NCBI GenBank assembly: GCA_030770535.1
Contig: JASVEC010000018.1
Span: forward strand, 310,001 to 374,000
DNA from: Batkoa obscura
Taxonomy: Eukaryota
Direction: 5' to 3'
Length of the DNA stretch: 64,000 nt
Shown: piece by piece, positions 1-11,730 of the stretch
Position numbering within the stretch: position 1 is the first letter of the stretch
How the letters are laid out: every line of letters begins with the position of its first letter
Made by a program: the position numbers and the translations under genes
Notes under the pieces: generated by a model
What the model was told of the DNA's origin: nothing
Databases searched by the model: none
What the model saw: the letters and a program-made list of their open reading frames with translations, nothing else

Positions 1-1302
1 TGGCACATAAACTTCAATAAAGTTAGGACCTTTGAGTTCGAGACGACGATTAGCTTCTGTGGTTGAAAGACCAGAACTCAACTTAAGGAAATGAGATGAA
101 TGAGTTCCTAAATCAAAATCAAAGGGTTGGAAGTGTGTTGAACTATCATTATAAACATAACGACGGCATTGATAATTAAAATATAATAAGTCATTGGAGG
201 TTCTTAAAAGTTGTGTGGATGTAATTCTGTAATTAGCACCTAAAGCTACTTTTAAGCCTTGTTCTACTTGACGTAATTTAGCAAGTATTTGAGAGCCATC
301 GTCCAACAAGATTGTAGGGATCTGTGGCTGTTCAATTTGAATATATTGAGCTTGAAGAGGCTTAACTTGAATGCGGAAAAAGTTCCTTAAGCGAAAACGG
401 AAGACATTAAGTACTACAAACCAAGTAGTAGCGAAAATCCAAATCCCAATAAACATGGATGAAGAAAGATCGTAATTTTCGTGGGCTATACCATAAAGCT
501 TTCCGTTGATAGCACCATAGTAATCGGCAGTAATAACGGCGAGATAAACAATCCATCCAATGCTGATAAATAGAAAGGAGTATAACATAAAAGTACCAAA
601 AAAATCGTTGACAAAGCCTTTGATTGGGAAAGGTTCATCTTCAAGCTCAGAATTGTTTTCAGCTCCCTTTTTCTCATCTACTTCAATTGGTGAGGTATCA
701 ACAGCATACATATGTTGAACCTTGCCTTCTCTTATTCTTTTATAAGCGGCCCAAATTAAGATTAACAAAATTTCTGAACCAAGTATAGAGAAAACAGAAA
801 TCCACATGGGTTCTGTAAAGGTAAATTGAGGACTTGGAGCTGGTGGACAAGCGGCCCAGTATTTTTCATCATTAATTCCAGAAGACCAGTTATTGAGATC
901 AGTAGCTGTATTTAATTTATCTCCGCAATTATTAGCTAGCATTTTATTTTTAATGCTAGGATCAAATGCATCAATATCTACCATAACTGGTTCCGAGGAA
1001 CATGGAACATGATCTGTAGAGTCGTCTAAACATGAACATATATTCTTTATACCGTCACAAGAGCTATGACAAGCTCCATCACCACATGGCACTTGGCCAT
1101 CGGCACATTCTAATTTCACACCTTCTGGACATTGAGATAAATCTTTAACACATAGGATATTACATTTTAAATCTAAAACTTTGTGTCGTGGACAAACATT
1201 TCCATCCAAATCGAAATCATTAATTGTATTAAAAGCAGGGATACTATATACACTATTAAGTATAAGTAAACTTGGAAGAAGCTTTAAGAAATTAAGCTTC
1301 AT
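1..1302 (-). CDS. P5-type cation-transporting ATPase, N-terminal part (runs off the window), with signal peptide and Cys-rich N-terminal domain
   Basis: Open frame from ATG at 1302 (MKLNFLKLLPSLLILNSVYS) to the window edge, absent from the ORF track. It has 13 Cys before the first TM segment, further TM segments, then FNYQCRRYVY and GLSTTEANRRLELKGPNFIEVYVP, typical of P5 ATPase N-termini. Confidence 0.8.
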   Translation of the reverse strand, partial: MKLNFLKLLPSLLILNSVYSIPAFNTINDFDLDGNVCPRHKVLDLKCNILCVKDLSQCPEGVKLECADGQVPCGDGACHSSCDGIKNICSCLDDSTDHVPCSSEPVMVDIDAFDPSIKNKMLANNCGDKLNTATDLNNWSSGINDEKYWAACPPAPSPQFTFTEPMWISVFSILGSEILLILIWAAYKRIREGKVQHMYAVDTSPIEVDEKKGAENNSELEDEPFPIKGFVNDFFGTFMLYSFLFISIGWIVYLAVITADYYGAINGKLYGIAHENYDLSSSMFIGIWIFATTWFVVLNVFRFRLRNFFRIQVKPLQAQYIQIEQPQIPTILLDDGSQILAKLRQVEQGLKVALGANYRITSTQLLRTSNDLLYFNYQCRRYVYNDSSTHFQPFDFDLGTHSSHFLKLSSGLSTTEANRRLELKGPNFIEVYVP

Positions 1303-3942
1303 AGTTAGTAAAATGTATCAAATAAATCAATTGATTGTATTGTAAATATTATAAAGAGGAAAAGATTCAAAAAAGTTACAAACTACAAAGCTAACAAATT
1401 GTTTAAAACTGAAATACTTTCTAGTTACTTTTTATTTATATTATTTGAATAATGCATCTTAAAAATAAACAAGATTACTTCATTTCTAAATTTTGAGGCA
1501 AATTGCCTAATATGGAAAAATGATTTTGAAGGTATAAATGAATTCTTATATATTTAATTTGATAAAGAAGATATGAAATAATATTAATATAGTTTTAATA
1601 ACGATTTCTTGAAAAAATTCAAATATAAATAATGTTTTAATATATAAAGAACAATACAATTTTGTTGCTTTTACTTTTTAATAGTTAGCAGCTATCATCA
1701 AAATAGCTATTCCTGTTCTTTTGAACTGAATTTGCCCATCTTATAAACAAATAAAAAACTAACTACAGTTTCTAAATTTTTCAATGTTCTATTTTACAAT
1801 TAATGCTCAACTGATTTCGAGAATGAAATTGATAAATGAGCAAAATTTGACATTTTCTTATCTCAAAATGAGTACTTTAATATTACAAAATGAATAGTTT
1901 ATTATCTTAATACAGATTATTTTGAGACTATAAGTCTTGTCAACTTTATTTACTGATCAAACAAACCTTGATAAGCTTAAATCTATAAGAAAACATAAAT
2001 TTGTTGAAACTTCCTGTTGAAAGTATCCCCAAGAATAACCCTTTTCAAACCCCCAAATCGACATCATTTGATCAAGAAATAAATCAATAATGAATTCAAT
2101 TTTCATATATGAAAACTAGACTATCACAAAGCTATATCATCGAAATTCTTTTATTTATTATATAATAAATTAATTGATTGATGGCTTGTATTTAAATTTA
2201 TTAACAACAGGGATAATGTAAAAAAGAAGTGTTTATTCAAAAATTCAGCGTTCAACCTGAAGTTTAGCAACAGCTATTTAGGATTTAAACTTGAAATTAG
2301 TTGAGTGGATTTTATCTATTAGTTAATTAATTTAACTCGCTATAAGCTACTCAGTTATCATGCAACCTTTCTTCAGTTCGGTGGTCAAATACAGCATTTA
2401 AGAACTTGTTAAGAACAATCCAATAAATTCAAGAATGAAATGGCTGTAAGCATGATGTCTCAATGATGTCAATGATTCGCTTCAATGAAATTGATCTAAT
2501 CATTATTCATAATTAAATCATTTTAAGTTGAAAAAGTCAATTTTAAACCTATTATATAAATTGTTAGTATTTACAGTAGGCTAGTTGATCTAATGATCCA
2601 ATTTAAACATGGCTTGGGAACTTAATCATGTATTTGTCAAATATAAAAACAAATAAACCTTGATTGACAAATCCTATCAAGTACAAAATAAAAATGCCCA
2701 TATTATGTTTAAATTAAATCAAAATATATTAGGTTTACTATTCTATTGACTCTCAAACTAAACGGAGAAAACTTTTTAACTTGACATTGATTTCATTTAA
2801 GGGTTTTAATTGGATTGAAAAATATTAATGATTTAAATTATAATGAGAAAAAAGTACAAGCTAAGAAGTTGTTTAATCACGTTTAGTTTAAATTGATAGT
2901 TTTAAACTCAAGTAAACAGTCTGTCTAAAATATCGCCCCATTTGGTATCGGATAGATAATGTTATTTTTACTAATAGTCCTTAAATCAAGGCTTTTGTTA
3001 CTACTAGAGTCTGCTACCAAACGAAATTTTTTGAATTTCATTTGATGAAGGTTTAAATTAGATTTTTCTGAATATTTATTAAAATGATGCAAACTAAATC
3101 CCAGAATAAAATTATGTTTGTTTTTTATTAAATATTTTATATATACTCCACTATTACATTAAAAAATGTCAAATTCTTAAATGATTCCAGTATCCGAATA
3201 AATCTGTTATAATTGAATAGCGTATACTGTACTTTAAAAGATAATATAAGATTCTTAGGAAATATTTTTGAATGTCAAATGTTATCAACAAACAGAGAAT
3301 TGAGCTACTTAAATTACAAACATTATAATGTTCATTAATTTTTTTAAATATGTTAACTAGATGCTTGAGATTTAATATAAATGCACTTTTTGTTCAAGTA
3401 TTTTAATTTTTTTGATCACTTTTAAGTAGTTTAAATTTTCGAAAAGTCGAAAGTAACCTTTTTATTTGATTTATTTACATTTACGCTTGTTTTGGTATCT
3501 TTTAATTTATTGTATTTTTAGGAAAGTACACTTAAGATAGACAATGTTTTATACTTTAACATTTTAGTATTTTAAACTATTTATTAATATAAAAATGGCT
3601 TCTAATTCAACGTTTTGTTCATTTTCTATGCTACCTAAAATTAAAAAATTGGGGTTAAATTTTATAAAATACGTGGCTGCAATGTTTAAGCTTAATGTGA
3701 GGTATTTAACGATATATTTTAAATAAATTTTTGGTATAAACGTTAATGTTAAGAATTAGGCTTTAAACAAGGCAAATAAATAAGAGTAAATTTTTATTAT
3801 AAAAGATTATCTATTTAAAGGTAAGTAGTTATAGCTTAATTCTTAAACTTATATATCATAATTTTAGGCTATTATCACATATTTACCTTTTGAAACACTA
3901 TTACAAAAATAATTTATAGAATTAAATATTGATGGTATGAAC

Positions 3943-4026
3943 GTTTCATTATTTTTCCGTTTTTTAAGCGCTACTTGAGTGGAAAATTTGTTAGTGAAAT
4001 TCTTAATCACAAAAATACATCCCACA
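3943..4026 (-). mobile_element. ~100-bp MITE family copy (one end lost)
   Basis: Matches the family consensus; ends aaaaatacatccca. Confidence 0.75.
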
Positions 4027-4247
4027 TATTTAATTATTAAATATTAGATCTACCACTTATTAAATTAAAATTAGTTAAATTATTATATCACTAAATGGTA
4101 TTTTATGTTTTTCTTTTAAAATCAAATATTGAAAAATATTACTTATAAAGATTAATACTATATCTTCAATTATGGCTTCTTATTTTATTTATTTGTAACC
4201 ATAGTTTATTAATATCATAAACCTAAAACCAGTATAATAGCTCATTA

Positions 4248-5546
4248 TTAAAACTTCCATTTCCTAATAGTTTTATCATAAGAACCAGAGATTAATAAAT
4301 TTTCATCAGCATTAAAATCTAATGAGCGTATAATACCAGTATGTCCTTTAAGTTTACCAATTGGAGTTTCATTATTAATATCAAAAATATTAACATTAAA
4401 TTCATCATCATTAACAAAAAAGTATTTACCAGATGGATGGAATTGAATCTTAGGATTAGATAATTCGTCTTGTTTAACACCATAGTAATTTCTATATTGA
4501 GTTGAAGAAAATAAAGAAAGTAAAATCAATCTTCCAGATCTATGATCTGTTGCACATAATACATGTTTTTTATTAGGTGATATTTTTATATCCATTATAT
4601 TAAATGATACAAAGTTATCCCCGTTATTATTTAAATTATATTTTAATATTTCGTAATCTTCAACATTAATATAATAAAGATAATTATCTTCTCTAACAGC
4701 AACAACAATATATTTACTATCTGGAGTCCAGGCTGCAGTTTCAATTCTACCTTCAAAATTGATAACTTTTGTATATCTAAAATTAGGATATTGATTGTCT
4801 TCCATTGATCCTTGATTTGATTTATAAATAACTAAGTTATAATCATAACTTGCCGAGAATAAGGCTTGACCATCTGGCGAAAATTTGGCAATGTTTACAA
4901 ATTTTTTATGATGGCTCCATCGCTTTATTAATTCATTCTTAGTTATATCAGTTAAAGTTACTGTAAAATCCATGGATGAGGAAAGTAATATATTTTTATG
5001 TTTTGGATGAATGTCTAAACTTAAAACCGCTCCTCCTAAATTAGGATCAATTATCGAATCTATAAATTTACCTGTTTCTAAGTCACTTAACTTTATACTT
5101 TTATCAGTTGAAGATGAGATCAATACTGGTTTTCCTGAATTTGAGTCTAAAATTGTGGTTGTTACAATGGATAGTATGTTTGAATAATGAATATTATCTA
5201 TTGGCTCTAAAGCCATAACATTATCTATAATAATCTCTTTATCACTTAATACAGGCACATCCAGTCTCCTAAAAAAAATCTCATGAATTTCAGAATAAGT
5301 TGATATGAAACAAATTTACTTTTTAACTTCTAAGCCTTGAGGGAATTTTTCTTTTAAATAATAATCTGTAATAATATCCAATAAAGGTCTATCTTCAAAT
5401 CCAGTAATAGCCGTATCTTTAGTTAAGGAGCAAAAATCACCTCCTTCTTTGTAGAAAGTTTCTAACGTTTCTTCGTACCCATTTAACTTCAAAAAATTGA
5501 CAATAATATCATGAGCTAATCGAAAACTTTTGGATGAGGCAGACAT
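4248..5546 (-). CDS. LisH-like N-terminus plus WD40 repeat protein, 2 exons
   Basis: Exon 1 (IIVNFLKLNGYEETLETF) joins the WD40 ORF (SSSTDKSIKL, GHTGIIRSLDF, SGSYDKTIRKW) in frame across a GT-AG intron at 5269..5319. Confidence 0.85.
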
Positions 5547-5938
5547 TTCTGAAAGAGATAATTTGAATTTTTTTAATGTTATATTTACTCTACGTATTTA
5601 TGTGGAAATTAAATGAAAAATTAATTGCAAATTGTTCTATTTTCGAAAATAAGCTTTAATTTATCCATTTGAGTTATAAAAGATTAGTATCAAATAGAAA
5701 TATTACATTGAATATTATACTTTTTTTATTGAATAGAGGAGAATTAGGATTTTAATTAGATAAACCCATTTACTGAACTTTAAATCAGTGCTTTTATACT
5801 AATTAAAATACTTGGTAACTTACACTTTATTTTACATTTGATCAATATTTTAAATACTATCTAAGTACCCTAATGCAAAAAAGGATTAAGATCAACTTTT
5901 ATAGTAAAAGTTTTTGTGATAATAATCATAATAACATA

Positions 5939-6038
5939 TAGGGATGTATTTTTGTGTTTAAGAATTTTACTAGCAAATTTTGCATTCAAATAGTGCTTAA
6001 AAAACGGAGAAGTAATGAAATGTAAAAAAACACTCCCA
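5939..6038 (+). mobile_element. ~100-bp MITE family copy
   Basis: TA|TAGGGATGTATTTTTG...AAAAAAACACTCCCA|TA. Confidence 0.85.
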
Positions 6039-6059
6039 TATATTATTACATTTAATATG

Positions 6060-6159
6060 TGGGGATGTATTTTTGTATTTAAGAATTTTACTGACAATTT
6101 TTCCACATAAATAGCGCTTAAAAAATGGAAAAATAATGAAACTAAAAAAAACAGCCCCA
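6060..6159 (+). mobile_element. ~100-bp MITE family copy, tandem with the previous one
   Basis: TGGGGATGTATTTTTG...ACAGCCCCA. Confidence 0.85.
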
Positions 6160-6693
6160 TGTCTAAAAAGGAATTTTCCTGTGATTTTAAAGGGATATAT
6201 TGATGAGTTCTATTTCATATTTTTTTAAAAATAACTTTTACAAATAGTTTAAGCTACTCAATATAAATCATAAACCCTATTTTATTCAAATAATTATATA
6301 TCTATATTATTTTATTTATATTAACTATCAAATATATATACTTAAATAATTTGTAAAACCTTTAAACTGTTTTCCATTCATTATATTTTTTCAATTCAGT
6401 GTTCCTTTTTGAAATTATGAAATACAATGAACTACCAGTTGACTTGATAATAAAAGGTGTATCAATATATCTTAAATGAATTAATTTCAAAGCCAAAAAT
6501 TTAAAGATTGGCTATACTGACCTTCACTTTAATCAATTACAAATAATATATCAATAAAAAACTATTATGAATTGATTGAATTTCAAAGCTCAAAATAAAA
6601 AATTATTAGAGAAAACAAAACTTTAATCAATATTTTTAACAATTTCAATAGTCAACATCCAATGATACAATTGGAAACTATCAATTTATCACT

Positions 6694-9600
6694 TCATCTG
6701 GCTTGAAACCCAAACGGTTTCACAGTTTCTTTTACATCAAGTTTAGGAAGACCAGCCCCACCCATATTCACTTGACTATTAACGCTTCCGTTAGTCTTAG
6801 GTGCCTCATTCACAATTCCAAATTTATCAAATTTACTTTCAGTTGGAGTAATTGCTCCAGAATTCAATACTTTATCACCAGTTTTAATATCTGGTCTCAT
6901 ATCAATTCCTTTGACTCCTTCAATACTTTTACCATCAATTTTCACATCCATACCTTTAGCATATGGTTTGTATTCGTTACCTAAAGCTCCTTCTGAAGCT
7001 TTAGCACCAATATTCATATTATTACCAGTGGTACCTGAGTTTATATTGTTACCAACAGTACTTGAAGCACCATTAGCACCAGGATTCATGTTAGGACCAT
7101 TAGCACCATTAACACCATTAACACCATTAGCACCAGGATCCATGTTAGCACCATTAACACCATTAACACCATTAGCACCAGGAGTCATGCTAGCACCATT
7201 GGCACCATTAGAACCAGGAGTCATGTTAGCACCATTAGCACCATTGGCACCAGGAGTTATGCTAGCACCATTAGCACCATTAACACCAGGAGTCATGTTA
7301 GCGCCATTGGCACCATTAGCACCAGGATTCATGTTATTCCCATTAGCGCCATTAACACCAGGAGTCATGCTAGCACCATTAGCACCATTAGCACCATTGG
7401 CACCAGGAGTCATGTTAGCACCATTAGCGCCATTAGCACCATTGGCACCAGGAGTCATGTTAGCACCATTAGCACCATTAGCACCAGGAGTCATGCTAGC
7501 ACCATTAACACCAGGATTCATGTTATTACCATTAGCGCCATTGACACCATTAACACCATTAACACCAGGAGTCATGCTAGCGCCATTAGCACCATTAGCA
7601 CCATTGGCACCAGGAGTCATGTTAGCACCATTAACACCATTAACACCATTAACACCAGGAGTCATGCTAGCGCCATTAGCACCATTAGCACCATTGGCAC
7701 CAGGAGTCATGTTAGCACCATTAACACCATTAACACCATTAGCACCAGGAGTCATGTTAGCACCATTAGCACCAGGAGTCATGTTAGCACCATTAACACC
7801 ATTAGCACCAGGAGTCATGCTAGCACCATTAGCGCCATTAGCACCATTGGCACCAGGAGTCATGTTAGCACCATTAGCACCATTAGCACCATTGGCACCA
7901 GGAGTCATGTTAGCACCATTAACACCATTAACACCAGGATTCATGTTAGCACCATTAGCACCATTAGCACCAGGAGTCATGCTAGCACCATTAGCGCCAT
8001 TAGCACCATTGGCACCAGGAGTCATGTTAGCACCATTAGCACCATTAGCACCATTGGCACCAGGAGTCATGTTAGCACCATTAACACCATTAACACCAGG
8101 ATTCATGTTAGCACCATTAGCACCATTAGCACCAGGAGTCATGCTAGCACCATTAGCGCCATTAGCACCATTGGCACCAGGAGTCATGTTAGCACCATTA
8201 GCACCATTAGCACCAGGAGTCATGCTAGCACCATTAACACCAGGATTCATGTTATTACCATTAGCGCCATTGACACCATTAACACCATTAGCACCAGGAT
8301 TCATGTTATTACCATTAGCGCCATTAGCACCAGGAGTCATGTTAGCACCATTAGCACCATTAGCACCATTAGCACCAGGATTCATGTTAGCGCCATTGGC
8401 AACATTAGCACCAGGATTCATGTTAGCACCATTGGCACCATTAGTACCAGGAGTCATGCTAGCACCATTAGCACCATTAGCACCAGGAGTCATGCTAGCA
8501 CCATTAGCACCATTGGCACCAGGAGTCATGTTAGCACCGTTAGCACCATTAGCACCAGGAGTCATGCTAGCACCATTAGCACCAGGAGTCATGCTAGCAC
8601 CATTAGCACCAGGAGTCATGCTAGCACCGTTAGCACCATTAGCACCAGGAGTCATGCTAGCACCATTAGCACCAGGAGTCATGTTAGCACCATTAGCACC
8701 AGGAGTCATGTTAGCACCATTAGCACCAGGATTCATGTTAGCACCATTAGCACCATTAACACCAGGATTCATGTTATTACCATTAGCGCCATTGACACCA
8801 GGGGTCATGCTAGCACCATTAGCACCATTAGCACCATTAGCACCAGGATTCATGTTAGCACTATTGGCACCATTAGAGCCATTAGCACCGATAGTATTGG
8901 GATTCACATAGGTACCTTTAGTTACATCTAGAGCTTTAGCATCAAGCTTTATGCCTGAGCCTATCGTAACAAGATTCATATAGTTGTCTTTAGCTGTTTC
9001 TGCAACCTTAGCGTAATCTTTATTACTGCTTTCACCTTTTTTAGATTCAAGTATGGTTATTGTTACGAGAACCCCATCAAGACTTTTTTTTGTTTCTGCA
9101 ATTTCTTTCTCTATATCCTTTATTTCCTTGTCTTTTTCTGATAGTTTGATTGACTCCTTTTCTTCACTTTCAAGGATAGATTTGCTTTCTTTATCTTGAG
9201 TTTCTTCAAGTTGTTTAGCTTCTTTCTCATGTTTTTCTTTCAATTGTTTGTTATCTTTATTGCCATAGCTCTTAAGTTCTTTTTTATGTCTATCTTGTAA
9301 TTCTTCACGTTCTTTTTTGTGTTTCTTTAATATTCTATCAGCTTTTTCGTGGTTTGCTTTCAAAATTTCCTTTTCCTTATTAGCTCTTTCTCTAATTGCA
9401 TTTGTTAACTTTTTATTGAGCTCCCTTAGTTTATTTTCCTTATTTTTCTTTTCTCTTTTAAGGTTTTCTGCTTGTTCTGCTAGTCTTTTCTTTTGTTCTT
9501 CTTTTTCTTTTCTTTCTTTAGCTGCCTTTTCCTTATCTTCCTTTGCTTTGTCTGCTAGCTGTTTGAGTTTAAGCTTTTTACTCTCTAAGTTATAAGCCCC

Positions 9601-11469
9601 ATCTTTGTCTTTAGGGACATCTTTGAGCACAGTTAGCTCCTCAATTTTTTGTTTTAGTTCATAGGCAAGATTTTCTTTTTCTTTGACCTCTTCACTAATT
9701 TTATTCAAGTATTTTTTTCTCTCTTCTGAGTCTGATTCAGATTCTTTAAGCTTTGCTTCCAAATCTACAATAGCTTCACTGTGTTCCTCTATTTTTTTCT
9801 TAATTGTTTCTGTTCCAGAATCGGATTCATCTGAACCTTCGAGTTCTTTGATTTCATCCTCATGTGCCTTAATTTCTATATCAACCTTTTTTAACTTATC
9901 GTTTAATTCGGCCAACTCATAAGCAGACTCATCTTCAACTTTTGCTGGAGCTGCATCAGGTTTTTTTTCTGCTTCTGTGGTTTCTTTCTCCATGTCCTTT
10001 ATTTCCTTGTCTTTTTCTGCTAGTTTCATTTTCTCCTTTTCTTCACTTTCAAGGATAGATTTGCTTTCTTTATCTTGAGTTTCTTCAAGTTGTTTAGCTT
10101 CTTTCTCATGTTTTTCTTTCAATTGTTTGTTATCTTTATTGCCATAGCTCTTAAGTTCTTTTTTATGTCTATCTTGTAATTCTTCACGTTCTTTTTTGTG
10201 TTTCTTTAGTATATTCTCAGCCTTATCACGACTTGCTTTTAAAATTTCCTTTTCCTTATTAGCTCTTTCTCTAATTGCATTTGCCAACTTTCTATTAATC
10301 TCTTTTTGCCTATTCTCCTTACTTTTCTTTTCTCTTTTAAGGTTTTCTGCCTGTTCTACTAGTCTTTTCTTTTGTTCTTCTTTTTCTTTTCTTTCTTTAG
10401 CTGCCTTTTCCTTATCTTCCCTTGCTTTGTCTGCTAGCTGTTTGAGTTTGATATTCTTTATTTCTGAATTATAATTCCCATACTTATCTTTAGGGACATC
10501 TTTGAGCACAGTTAGCTCCTCAATTTTTTGTTTTAGTTCATAGGCAAGATTTTCTTTTTCTTTGACCTCTTCACTAATTTTATTCAAGTATTTTTTTTTC
10601 TCTTCTGAGTCTGATTCAGATTCTTTAAGCTTTGCTTCCAAATCTGCAATGACTTCACTGTGTTCCTCTATTTTTTTCTTAATTGTTTCTGTTCCAGAAT
10701 CGGATTCATCTGAACCTTCCAGTTCTCTAATTTTGCTTTCGTGTGCTTTAATTTCCACATCAACTTTTGTTAATTTATCATTTAATTCGGATAATTCATC
10801 AGTAGATTCGCCTTCGCTTTTTACTGGAGCTCCATTGGGCATTGTGTATGATGAGTTCGGAAGCCCTATTGGATTACCAGGATCTCTAGAACCATTTGGA
10901 ATCATAGAAGCACCTTTGTTATATATTCCAGCATCAGCTCCTTCTACCATTGCCTTATTTCCTAGACCTATAGTATTCATGGGTAAGCCTAATGGAGTTG
11001 ATCCTAGCCCTTCGGCATTTGTTGAAGCACTAACGCCTTGAGCCACTGACTTGTTATCAGCAGTTGCTGTACCTTTGGTATACATATTGGCACCAGCTAG
11101 TTCTACTATTCCTTTATTTCCTAGACCTATAGAGTTTACAGGTAAAGATAATGGAATTGATCCTAGCCCTTCGGCATTTGTTGAAGCACTAACGCCTTGA
11201 GCCACTGACTTGCTATCAATAGTCGTTGCACCTTTACTATATATATTAGCACCAGTTGCTTCTACCATTTTCTTGTTTCCCGCATCTATGGCTTTTACGG
11301 GTAGACCTAATGGGTTTGGAGCTGATCCTTCAACTTTCTCTAAACCACCGCCACCTTGAGCTGCTGACTTAATATCAGTAGCAGTTGCACTATCGACTGG
11401 TAATGATACATTAGTATTTAATTGAAGTAAAGCGACTAAAAGTGCAATAACCGGATTTGAATTTCTCAT
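6694..11469 (-). CDS. Large secreted repetitive protein (1591 aa): signal peptide, ~53-aa repeats, duplicated K/E-rich coiled coil, Gly-Ala-Asn repeat domain
   Basis: Intronless ORF with a hydrophobic N-terminus, an internal 879-nt duplication and a GAN/MTP repeat tract. Confidence 0.85.
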   Translation of the reverse strand: MRNSNPVIALLVALLQLNTNVSLPVDSATATDIKSAAQGGGGLEKVEGSAPNPLGLPVKAIDAGNKKMVEATGANIYSKGATTIDSKSVAQGVSASTNAEGLGSIPLSLPVNSIGLGNKGIVELAGANMYTKGTATADNKSVAQGVSASTNAEGLGSTPLGLPMNTIGLGNKAMVEGADAGIYNKGASMIPNGSRDPGNPIGLPNSSYTMPNGAPVKSEGESTDELSELNDKLTKVDVEIKAHESKIRELEGSDESDSGTETIKKKIEEHSEVIADLEAKLKESESDSEEKKKYLNKISEEVKEKENLAYELKQKIEELTVLKDVPKDKYGNYNSEIKNIKLKQLADKAREDKEKAAKERKEKEEQKKRLVEQAENLKREKKSKENRQKEINRKLANAIRERANKEKEILKASRDKAENILKKHKKEREELQDRHKKELKSYGNKDNKQLKEKHEKEAKQLEETQDKESKSILESEEKEKMKLAEKDKEIKDMEKETTEAEKKPDAAPAKVEDESAYELAELNDKLKKVDIEIKAHEDEIKELEGSDESDSGTETIKKKIEEHSEAIVDLEAKLKESESDSEERKKYLNKISEEVKEKENLAYELKQKIEELTVLKDVPKDKDGAYNLESKKLKLKQLADKAKEDKEKAAKERKEKEEQKKRLAEQAENLKREKKNKENKLRELNKKLTNAIRERANKEKEILKANHEKADRILKKHKKEREELQDRHKKELKSYGNKDNKQLKEKHEKEAKQLEETQDKESKSILESEEKESIKLSEKDKEIKDIEKEIAETKKSLDGVLVTITILESKKGESSNKDYAKVAETAKDNYMNLVTIGSGIKLDAKALDVTKGTYVNPNTIGANGSNGANSANMNPGANGANGANGASMTPGVNGANGNNMNPGVNGANGANMNPGANGANMTPGANGANMTPGANGASMTPGANGANGASMTPGANGASMTPGANGASMTPGANGANGANMTPGANGANGASMTPGANGANGASMTPGTNGANGANMNPGANVANGANMNPGANGANGANGANMTPGANGANGNNMNPGANGVNGVNGANGNNMNPGVNGASMTPGANGANGANMTPGANGANGANGASMTPGANGANGANMNPGVNGVNGANMTPGANGANGANGANMTPGANGANGANGASMTPGANGANGANMNPGVNGVNGANMTPGANGANGANGANMTPGANGANGANGASMTPGANGVNGANMTPGANGANMTPGANGVNGVNGANMTPGANGANGANGASMTPGVNGVNGVNGANMTPGANGANGANGASMTPGVNGVNGVNGANGNNMNPGVNGASMTPGANGANGANMTPGANGANGANGANMTPGANGANGANGASMTPGVNGANGNNMNPGANGANGANMTPGVNGANGASITPGANGANGANMTPGSNGANGASMTPGANGVNGVNGANMDPGANGVNGVNGANGPNMNPGANGASSTVGNNINSGTTGNNMNIGAKASEGALGNEYKPYAKGMDVKIDGKSIEGVKGIDMRPDIKTGDKVLNSGAITPTESKFDKFGIVNEAPKTNGSVNSQVNMGGAGLPKLDVKETVKPFGFQAR
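7070..8890 (-). repeat. Coding tandem repeat of 9-nt units encoding (GAN/GVN/GAS)n interrupted by MTP/MNP
   Basis: accattagc / accaggagtcatg units on the + strand across ~1.8 kb. Confidence 0.95.
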
Positions 11470-11730
11470 TTTCTAATAATCTATATTGAATAACTTAAAA
11501 TGTTATCACGTCACTTTGCATTATTTATAGCCGGGAATTGATAAACATAATAAAGACGCCATATGTTTTACTTTGTAGTTGATATAGTGCATTAACCTTA
11601 ATTTTATTATCAAACATATTTATGGTTATCCTGATATACTTTAACCACATAAGCATTTATTGTCTTCAAACTTGTGCTTGTTGATCTTTGAGAAATCCCA
11701 ATCTATATTTGGATAATTTAAAGTTTCAAA
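11470..11730 (-). promoter_or_regulatory. Upstream region homologous to that of the paralog (15038..15290), with a TATA-like TATAAATA
   Basis: Shared blocks atttatagccg, cttcaaactt..gcttgttgatcttt and ctatatttggataatt. Confidence 0.65.

Noticed and set aside
486..677. Short ORF overlapping the ATPase in another frame; likewise 30470..30658, 32801..32992, 39963..40157 and 60392..60577
   Set aside because: Alternative-frame or antisense overlaps of better-supported genes.
5870..6160. 96-aa ORF, and similar ORFs at 15894..16118 and 27382..27564
   Set aside because: Chance translations of adjacent MITE copies.
7070..8890. CRISPR array or true collagen
   Set aside because: No unique spacers and it lies within a CDS; the Gly-X-Y runs are broken every few triplets.
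6911..8911. 666-aa + strand ORF (LAPLAPGVM repeats)
   Set aside because: Antisense shadow of the GAN repeat; TTG start, and stops are absent only because of the repeat composition.
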